From: Verrucomicrobiota bacterium
Lineage (GTDB): Bacteria; Verrucomicrobiota; Verrucomicrobiia; Limisphaerales; UBA9464
DNA length: 33,503 bases
Assembly: GCA_025354845.1 (NCBI GenBank)
Contig: JANXMD010000748.1
Span: 1-33,503 of the forward strand
Direction of reading: 5' to 3'
This document shows positions 24,666 to 31,549 of the stretch, in pieces. The notes beneath the pieces were generated by a model. The model saw only the letters and a list, made by a program, of their open reading frames with translations. It made no database searches and was not told the DNA's origin. Positions within the stretch are counted from its first letter, which is position 1. Every line of letters begins with the position of its first letter. Made by a program: the position numbers and the translations under genes.

Positions 24666-24798
24666 TTGGAAATGCTTGAGGTGGGAATGTAGGCTAGGCC
24701 CGTCCTTTCACAAAACAAGCCAAGACCTGAAAAAGCCGACGCTACCGAGCCGCAGATCTTCAACATCAAGGAGGTACAAATTATTTTTGTGTTTTCTG

Positions 24799-24827
24799 TT
24801 GACCCTAGGGCGTCTTTCGGTTGAAAT
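24799..24827 (+). promoter_or_regulatory. candidate sigma70-type promoter for the PEP-CTERM gene
   Basis: TTGACC (24799-24804), a 17-nt spacer, then TGAAAT (24822-24827). It lies in an AT-richer intergenic stretch about 57 nt upstream of the ATG at 24884. Matched to the consensus by eye only. Confidence 0.3.
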
Positions 24828-24883
24828 TGCCCCAGAAGTTGGTGCGAGTGGACCAACCTGAACTCAAAGATAAACCGTAAAAC

Positions 24884-25429
24884 ATGAAAAAAGTACTCAT
24901 CCTTGGGGCTGCCGTTGCTAGCGTGGTCGCTGCGAACGCTGCTCTTCTCACCGTGGACTTCGTGGGTGGCTCTGGTGGCCCTGGCCAAGAGGTTCCTGCC
25001 GTTACTGCGCCGGGAGCTTCGCTCTCTGCGAGTTCTGGGTTCATGTACTTCAACGAAAGCTCGCTTGCCCTTTCTATCGGCAACGTGCTGTACAACAACC
25101 TGTCGGGTCCTGCGACTGCTGCTGGGTTGTACAACGCTGGTGCGGCCGCCAATGGTCCTAAGTTCGCTGACCTCACCGTCACGACCTTGGTTCCGGGCTC
25201 CACCTCCGGTCTCCTGAGTGGCGTTGTGTCCCTCGGTTCCATCGGCTATCAGCAGCTCCTCTTGGGCAATCTGTACATCAACGTCCTGACCTCCAAGAAC
25301 GCCACTGGCGAAGTGCGTGGTCAGCTCGGTCTGACTGGTGGCAGCATCCCTGAACCCGCTGAGACCGCCGCCGTTGTCGGCCTCGGCCTCGCTGGCTTTG
25401 CTCTCTGGCGCCGTCGCCAGGCTAAGTAA
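24884..25429 (+). CDS. secreted CHRD-like protein with a PEP-CTERM sorting signal (exosortase substrate)
   Basis: It has a signal peptide (MKKVLILGAAVASVVAANA) and CHRD-like segments (EVPAVTAPGASLSAS..., LYINVLTSKNATGEVRGQL). The C-terminus IPEPAETAAVVGLGLAGFALWRRRQAK is a PEP motif, a TM helix and a basic tail. Confidence 0.85.
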   Translation: MKKVLILGAAVASVVAANAALLTVDFVGGSGGPGQEVPAVTAPGASLSASSGFMYFNESSLALSIGNVLYNNLSGPATAAGLYNAGAAANGPKFADLTVTTLVPGSTSGLLSGVVSLGSIGYQQLLLGNLYINVLTSKNATGEVRGQLGLTGGSIPEPAETAAVVGLGLAGFALWRRRQAK

Positions 25430-25464
25430 GCCATCGGAGACCTGAGTTTCAGGTCTATCCACTT

Positions 25465-25496
25465 AAAAAGGCGCAGGCGAAAGCCTGCGCTTTTTT
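25465..25496 (+). terminator. rho-independent terminator after the PEP-CTERM gene
   Basis: GCGCAGGC (25471-25478), loop GAAA, GCCTGCGC (25483-25490), then TTTTTT (25491-25496). A smaller hairpin GACCTGA-GTT-TCAGGTC precedes it. Confidence 0.85.
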
Positions 25497-25929
25497 GCTT
25501 TTCCAGTAGCGTCGCCTGGGAAATCTTGAGCCCTTGTTCGATGTGTGGAACGGATTGGATTCGTGCTCGCACTTGTTGTTTGTTAACAGCTTATAATCAA
25601 CAACCTGTGAAGTGTAGTGGGTGTGATGGGGAATCCTATGGGATTGCGTTAGCATCGCGGATTGCGGGAATCGATAGGCAGGGAAACCTGAAGTCGGTGC
25701 CACGCGTCGGTGGAAGTTCGTGGGAACTAAACGTGTTCAGGCAATTCTGCAGCGGCCAAGCTTCAGTTTTGGTCCGTTTTCGGTTCCGCTTCGTGGTCTG
25801 ACTCGATGAAGTCAAACCGCGGCAATCTCGGTTTCGAAACTCCTGGCGAGGCTTCCGACATCGGGCGATTCCAGAGCGAATCGCGCAGAATCCGGAATCC
25901 AATTCGGCTTGCTGGTGTTCACCAAAGCA

Positions 25930-27417
25930 ATGCGACAACACGACTCCATTGGCTCAAAGCCAAGGAAGTCCCCGATTGCGCTCGACGCGTTAACGGGATC
26001 GATTGGGCTCTTGCTTCTGGTGAGCTTGATTGCCTGCGGGGTTGCTTGCTGTGACGCCGCGGATCTGGAGCCCAGCGACAAGGCAACGCGACCGACCGCG
26101 GTACCCATCGTGCTTCGGTGGAACACCCAGTCTTCCCGCCTGACAGCCTCGGTTCGAAGAGTGGCGTTGGGTCGCGTTTTGGGACGGCTGGCCAAGACGA
26201 CTGGCTGGCAGATTTTCGTGGAGCCTGAGACCCACCGATCCGTGGATGTCGCGTTTACCAATTTGGCTCCTGCTGAGGCGCTACCTCGGATATTGGGCGA
26301 GTTTAGTTTCTCGTTCGCACCGACGGAGAGAGGCGGTAAGGAACTGAGGATCTACCGGACCAGTGCCGACGCGGCGACCAGTGCGATCGATCCGCTGGAT
26401 GATGATGAATTTCAAGCGCGTCCCGGTCCAATTCCCAACGAATGGATCGTTCGACTCAAGCCGGGGTCGAAATTGTCTCCGGAGGCGCTGGCGAAACGCC
26501 TGAAGGCACGGTTGGTGGGGCGTATGGATGACCTGCGCACCTTTCGGCTTCGGTTTGACTCGCCTGATGATGCTTCGAGTGCTCGCGGGACGCTGCTTGC
26601 CGACCCAGAAATTGCCGCCTTGGAGAACAACATCCGCCTGCCGATTCCGGAGCCGGGGGTATCAGGCGGTCCTCCCTCCGAATCGGTAACGCTCAGGCCT
26701 CGGGCGGGCGGTGGGGATCAGGTGGTGGTTGCCTTGATTGACACCTCGGTTCAGTCGCTAAATAGCAACATGGAATCGCTACTCCTCGGTCGTGTTTCGG
26801 TGGCGGTCGGGTCGCCGGTGGCGGATGGCGCACCAACCCATGGGACGGTCATGGCGCAGGACATTCTCCAGGGCGTGGGCCGGGCGGATAGCGGGGTAGA
26901 CGGTACCCGCGTTCGGATCCTTCCGGTGGACGTTTATGGAGGTGAGGTGTCGACGACGACTTGGAATGTGGTCCGAGGACTGGAAGCCGCGGCGGCCCGC
27001 GGGGCGACGGTGTTCAACCTGAGCCTCGGAGGGGCAGAAGACAGTCCGCTGCTGGACGAAGTCATCGCTTCAATTCGTGCCCAGGGCGGTCTCGTCTTGG
27101 CTGCAACCGGAAACACCCCGGGCATCGGGCTGACCTATCCTTCCGCCAGCCCTGGTGCGCTCGGTGTGACCGCGGTGGATTCGACCGGGGTTCCCGCCGG
27201 CTACGCCAATACCGGACCGCAGGCACGCCTCGCCGGACCGGGAACCACACTGATCCAGTTTGGCGGACAGAACTGGGTGACCCAAGGCACCTCGGGAGCC
27301 ACCGCGTGGGTCTCAGGATTGGCAGCTGGATGGATGTCCCAGTCTGGAGCATCGGCGTCGCAAGCGGGTCAGTGGCTGCAGACCGCGGTCCCCTTCAAGC
27401 CCCCCGCCGGACGTTGA
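25930..27417 (+). CDS. subtilisin-like (S8) serine protease, probable lipoprotein, with an extra N-terminal domain
   Basis: The catalytic residues are in D-H-S order: VVVALIDTSV, APTHGTVMAQ, NLSLGG (oxyanion Asn) and TQGTSGATAWVSGLAAG. An I9-like propeptide is present (EWIVRLKPGSKLSPEALAKRLKARLVGRMDDLRTFRLRF). The signal ends in a lipobox-like LIAC. The ATG at 25930 is preferred over the TTG at 25909. Confidence 0.85.
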   Translation: MRQHDSIGSKPRKSPIALDALTGSIGLLLLVSLIACGVACCDAADLEPSDKATRPTAVPIVLRWNTQSSRLTASVRRVALGRVLGRLAKTTGWQIFVEPETHRSVDVAFTNLAPAEALPRILGEFSFSFAPTERGGKELRIYRTSADAATSAIDPLDDDEFQARPGPIPNEWIVRLKPGSKLSPEALAKRLKARLVGRMDDLRTFRLRFDSPDDASSARGTLLADPEIAALENNIRLPIPEPGVSGGPPSESVTLRPRAGGGDQVVVALIDTSVQSLNSNMESLLLGRVSVAVGSPVADGAPTHGTVMAQDILQGVGRADSGVDGTRVRILPVDVYGGEVSTTTWNVVRGLEAAAARGATVFNLSLGGAEDSPLLDEVIASIRAQGGLVLAATGNTPGIGLTYPSASPGALGVTAVDSTGVPAGYANTGPQARLAGPGTTLIQFGGQNWVTQGTSGATAWVSGLAAGWMSQSGASASQAGQWLQTAVPFKPPAGR

Positions 27418-27616
27418 ATCGGGTTCCCGTTGAGGAGGAGGCTCCGCCTCAGATCCAACCGTCGTTTTCGGACTAGCATTGCCCGATCTGATTCGCCAAT
27501 TGGGACAATGAAGAACCGCCACCGTCTTCCCGGGAAGTCCAGCGTCGCGCTCAATTCGACCTTGGCGCGCAGGACTTGCGCGCTGCCCCGGGTCTCCGCA
27601 GGCTGACCGGAATACG

Positions 27617-28555
27617 ATGGCTTCCGACGTCGCCTCTCCGCGAATCCTGAATGCGTCCACACGGCTCTGCGCCGTGCTGGGCTCGCCGGTCCGCCATTCC
27701 GCGTCGCCGGCAATGCACAACGCCGCACTCGACGAACTCGGTCTCAACTGGCGCTACGTTGGATGCGAAGTAAATCCGGAACGCCTTCGCGAGGCCATCG
27801 AGGGAGCGCGGCATCTGGGATTCGTTGGACTCAACCTCACTGTCCCGCACAAGCAGCTCGCCATGTCCTGGATGGATGAGTTGGATGAGTCGGCGCGCGA
27901 GTGGGGTGCGGTGAACACCGTCGTGTTTGGTCGACGGGAGGACTCAGGAGACTGGATCCCGGTGGGGCAGGGCGATGCCAATGGGGGTCCGGTGCTTGCG
28001 CGCGGCTACAACACCGACGCCGACGCCATCATCCGGGCTCTGAATGAGGATCTCGGCATTGAACCCCGTTCGGCGCGAGTGCTGTTGCTCGGTGCCGGCG
28101 GTGCCGGGCGGGCTGCGGCGCTGCGGCTTGCCGCGGAAGGCGTCAGTGTCCTTTACCTCGTCAATCGCACCGTCGCGCGGGCGGAAGAACTCGCCAGCGA
28201 AATCGAAGAACGTTACCCGGCCGTCGAAATTCACGTCGGATATCCCGATGGCGACGTTGAGCTCGTTCTCAACGCGACATCCCTCGGCCTCAAGACAGGC
28301 GACGTGTCACCGTTCGATGGAAACCTCTATTCGTTGGGGCAGGCGGATGGGGTGTATGACATGATTTACCGTCCGTCCTCCACGCCGCTCCTGGATCAGG
28401 CTCGTGCCGCCGGCTGCAAGACGGCCAATGGACTCGGAATGTTGCTATATCAAGGAGCCGCCGCGCTCGAACTTTGGTCAGGCCGCCGTGCGCCGGTGGC
28501 GGTAATGCGCGCTGCGCTGCATCGTGAGATCTACGGTTTGGAGGGCCCGCGGTGA
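27617..28555 (+). CDS. aroE: shikimate dehydrogenase
   Basis: LCAVLGSPVRHSASPAMHNAALDELGLNWRY, GLNLTVPHKQ, NTDADAI and the NADP Rossmann motif LLLGAGGAGRAAA are all present. Confidence 0.9.
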   Translation: MASDVASPRILNASTRLCAVLGSPVRHSASPAMHNAALDELGLNWRYVGCEVNPERLREAIEGARHLGFVGLNLTVPHKQLAMSWMDELDESAREWGAVNTVVFGRREDSGDWIPVGQGDANGGPVLARGYNTDADAIIRALNEDLGIEPRSARVLLLGAGGAGRAAALRLAAEGVSVLYLVNRTVARAEELASEIEERYPAVEIHVGYPDGDVELVLNATSLGLKTGDVSPFDGNLYSLGQADGVYDMIYRPSSTPLLDQARAAGCKTANGLGMLLYQGAAALELWSGRRAPVAVMRAALHREIYGLEGPR

Positions 28556-29712
28556 TCACCATTCCAGAAAGCACTTATCTCGGAATGCCGCTCGAATTCT
28601 GGTTCACCGGACCGCTGGGAATCCCGTTCCACATCTGGACGGTGACCATGACCATCACCGGGTTGATCGTGGGCAGTTTCCTGAATGTGGTGATCCACCG
28701 GATGCCGATTGGCATGAGCGTCGTGCGCCCTGGATCCCATTGTCCCAAATGCCAGACTGCCATCCCTCTCCGTCAGAATCTTCCCATACTCTCCTGGCTA
28801 CTCCTTCGCGGAAAATGCGCGCACTGTGCGACTTCGATTTCTCCACGCTACATCGCGGTCGAAGCCCTTACGGGGGCGGTCTTCCTCGGTACGTGGTTGT
28901 ATTTTGGCCGCGAGAATCCCGGGTTGGCGTGGTCACTCTGCCTGCTGTTCGCAGGATTCATCGCGGCGACGTTTATCGACGTGGAACATCTCATCATTCC
29001 CGATGAGATCACCCTCGGTGGCATCGTGGTTGGCTTTCTCCTCTCGGTGGCCGTTCCGGCGCTTCAGGGCGTGGTGACGTTGCCCGATGCGATTCGGGCT
29101 AGCGGATTGGGCATCGTGGTCGGCGGCGGTGTGGTTTACGCCGTGTTGAGACTCGGAAAGGTTTTGTTTGGCCGGGAGCGTGTGACGATCCCCCAGGGAA
29201 CCCCGGTGGTGTTCCACGAGTCCGGTGTGGTGCTTCCCGATGGTGAAATACCCTACGAGGACGTGTTCTACCGAAAGTCCGACGCGGTGATCGCGGAGGC
29301 GTCGCGCGTCGAGCTCTCCGATCGCTGCTTTTCTAACGCACGGGTCCGACTCGAGCTCATGCGGACCCCGCCCGTGCTTCGCATCGGTGACGAGAGGTTC
29401 GAGGCGGCGGATCAGCCCTGGATGTCCCTCGAAGCCGGAGAGGTGGTTCTTCCTCGTGAGGCGATGGGATTTGGCGACGTGAAGTTTATGGCCGCCATCG
29501 GAGCCTTTCTGGGATGGCAGGCCACGGTGTTTTCTCTGTTTGCCAGTGCAGTGATCGGGTCGCTGGTTGCGGTTCTGCTCATTGCGCTCGGTCGCCAAAG
29601 ATGGACCGGCCGACTCGGATACGGACCCTACATTGCCCTGGCTGCCGTGCTCTGGGTGTTCGCCGGACGCCGCATCGTCGAGCAGTGGCTCGGCTTGCCT
29701 ATGGGCGCCTAA
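28552..29712 (+). CDS. pilD: prepilin peptidase (A24 family, PilD-like) with an inserted domain
   Basis: It has an N-terminal Cys-rich region (SHCPKCQTAIPLRQNLPILSWLLLRGKCAHCATSISPRYIAVE). The first Asp motif is ATFIDVEHLIIPDE and the second is MGFGDVKFMAAIGAFLGW. The GTG start at 28552 overlaps the aroE stop within GTGA. Confidence 0.85.
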   Translation: MITIPESTYLGMPLEFWFTGPLGIPFHIWTVTMTITGLIVGSFLNVVIHRMPIGMSVVRPGSHCPKCQTAIPLRQNLPILSWLLLRGKCAHCATSISPRYIAVEALTGAVFLGTWLYFGRENPGLAWSLCLLFAGFIAATFIDVEHLIIPDEITLGGIVVGFLLSVAVPALQGVVTLPDAIRASGLGIVVGGGVVYAVLRLGKVLFGRERVTIPQGTPVVFHESGVVLPDGEIPYEDVFYRKSDAVIAEASRVELSDRCFSNARVRLELMRTPPVLRIGDERFEAADQPWMSLEAGEVVLPREAMGFGDVKFMAAIGAFLGWQATVFSLFASAVIGSLVAVLLIALGRQRWTGRLGYGPYIALAAVLWVFAGRRIVEQWLGLPMGA

Positions 29713-29725
29713 GCGGGTGGGTTCC

Positions 29726-31534
29726 CTAGCGAACTCGAACGAAAAGGACGCTCCCCGAGAACGGCACCGTCACCTCGACCAACGCTGAGACCGAAGGCGG
29801 ATCCAGCACCCGGTAGGTCTTCCATGAGGTGCCTGAACCAAGATCCGCGAGGGTTTCGATCACGTATCCGTGACCCGCGACGGCCGTGAACGCGATGCGA
29901 ATCCCATTGGCGCCGTCCAGTGTGGCGGTGACCGCCGGCGGGGTGGAGACGACCGCATCGGTGGTCCAGTTCGTCGCGACGTTCGCGTAGAGCTTCGGGT
30001 TTATTCGCTGGAGCGCCGCGCCGGTGCCGTCGGCGGCTACCGGCCACGGGGCGGAGGCGTCGTAGGTGATCTTCTCGACCCGGATGTATGGCACGTAGCC
30101 CGCATCCGGGTGCGGGGGTTCCTGGGGCGGATCGGGCTTGAACAGTTCCACCGTGTCACCGGCGTTGTTTAAGAGGTTGGTCCATGGGCCGAAAACTTGA
30201 ATCGATGCGGGAATGGAATACTTCGCACGGAAGGCCACGGGCGAAAGCGGTGTAACGAGGCACTTCTCGTCGGGCTTCAAGACGACACCGGCTGGGAAGT
30301 CGTAGTTCACCGCATTGCGGATCCGCCAAGTATTGGTGGGAAACCGAATGTCAAAAAGCGGCAGGTTGGTACTCGCAATGTTGATGAGTTCCAGAAACTC
30401 ATCCTGGTTGGTCAGTGGGTGATACTGGATGCGGTTGAACACCAGGGGACCGACCCGGGGCAGGGAATTCGAGGCCCCGGTTCCCGTTCGGAATTGGGAG
30501 AGGAATTCCGCCGGGTAGGTCGCATCAATCGCGGTGCCCAGGGTAAGTCGCTCCATCGCCACCAGGGGGCCGGTGAAGTCCGGGTAGCGACCAAAGCTCA
30601 CTCCATGTTCCGCGGAATCAAAGCTTACCGCATCGATCCACGTCAGAAGGTTGCCGGCAGCATCCGCGGAAACAATGACCGCCTCATCGCCGTGCGCCGA
30701 GTTGAAGGTGAACTCGGGATCGTTGCCGGTCCCGCGAGAATTGAATCCCAGGGGACTCCCGGTGCCGGTGAGTTCGTAGAATACACGGAATCCGTGGGCG
30801 GGAATCAGCGTCCCGACGGGGAACCTGAATTTCTTGGGTGTGGCGCGGTTGTTCGAGAGGTACCAGCCACCGAGATCAATGGCAGCGTCGGTGAGATTGT
30901 AGAGTTCGATGGCATCCTCGATCGGAGGATCGGTGTGAGTGAGGACCTCATTGATCACGACTGATTTCTGCGCGCCAATCCCCGCGTGTCCCGGCGACCC
31001 GTTGTATTCCGTACTGGAACGCCAATTGGCCGGATCGTTCAAGTTCCCTGCGGGATCGATGCACTCGAGGGAACTGCCCAGGCCGTTGGCGCGCGACGGC
31101 CACGCTCCGGAGCTGTCGTAAGTGCATTTGAACACCCCACTGCCGACGGAATCGACCAGCGTCAGCGTGTCGCCGGAATCGCTCAACTTACCGCTGTACG
31201 AGCCCGAGCCGAGGAGGATTCCCGTCGAGCCGTAGCGCGATAGGAATGCCGAGCGGGTATTGCAGACGACGATCCTCCCGCCCGCAGGAACCACCGTGCC
31301 GGCGCTGAAGGTGTAGGTGACCCCGGTGGTGAGCTTGTAGCCTCCGATGTTCAATGGTGAGGCGGACACGTTGACGAGTTCGAGGAACTCGTAGTCCGAG
31401 CCGCCGGGGGGATTGTACTGGATCTCGGAGACCGAAATCTGCGGCGCGGCAAGCAGCGAGAACGCGCTGCCAACCGTCGCAGAACCAATGGCGAGGCGCT
31501 GACGCCACGCTCCAAGAAAAGGAATCTTCATCAA
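29726..31534 (-). CDS. secreted protein with three lamin-tail-domain (LTD) repeats
   Basis: It has a signal peptide and three LTD openings: ISVSEIQYNPPGGSDYEFLELVNVSASPLNIGGYKL, VVINEVLTHTDPPIEDAIELYNLTDAAIDLGGWYLSNN and LVFNRIQYHPLTNQDEFLELINIAS. Confidence 0.8.
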   Translation of the reverse strand: MMKIPFLGAWRQRLAIGSATVGSAFSLLAAPQISVSEIQYNPPGGSDYEFLELVNVSASPLNIGGYKLTTGVTYTFSAGTVVPAGGRIVVCNTRSAFLSRYGSTGILLGSGSYSGKLSDSGDTLTLVDSVGSGVFKCTYDSSGAWPSRANGLGSSLECIDPAGNLNDPANWRSSTEYNGSPGHAGIGAQKSVVINEVLTHTDPPIEDAIELYNLTDAAIDLGGWYLSNNRATPKKFRFPVGTLIPAHGFRVFYELTGTGSPLGFNSRGTGNDPEFTFNSAHGDEAVIVSADAAGNLLTWIDAVSFDSAEHGVSFGRYPDFTGPLVAMERLTLGTAIDATYPAEFLSQFRTGTGASNSLPRVGPLVFNRIQYHPLTNQDEFLELINIASTNLPLFDIRFPTNTWRIRNAVNYDFPAGVVLKPDEKCLVTPLSPVAFRAKYSIPASIQVFGPWTNLLNNAGDTVELFKPDPPQEPPHPDAGYVPYIRVEKITYDASAPWPVAADGTGAALQRINPKLYANVATNWTTDAVVSTPPAVTATLDGANGIRIAFTAVAGHGYVIETLADLGSGTSWKTYRVLDPPSVSALVEVTVPFSGSVLFVRVR

Positions 31535-31549
31535 GCTATGGAATGGAAC

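Noticed and set aside
24656-25462. 268-aa minus-strand ORF covering the PEP-CTERM gene
   Set aside because: The plus-strand frame has a signal peptide, a CHRD-like core and a canonical PEP-CTERM tail, plus its own promoter-like and terminator elements. The antisense ORF has no features.
25545-25575. Possible ECF-sigma promoter (GGAAC, 16 nt, CGC) upstream of the S8 protease
   Set aside because: Only the -35-like GGAAC matches. The -10 element is not a good CGTC-type match, and the site is about 360 nt from the start codon. This is too weak to call.
27565-27583. Perfect 7-bp GC hairpin GCGCGCA-GGACT-TGCGCGC between the S8 protease gene and aroE
   Set aside because: No T-run follows, so it is not a convincing intrinsic terminator. 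Short GC palindromes of this kind are expected by chance in high-GC DNA.
30197-30964. 255-aa plus-strand ORF
   Set aside because: It is antisense to the LTD protein gene, whose three LTD repeats define the true frame.
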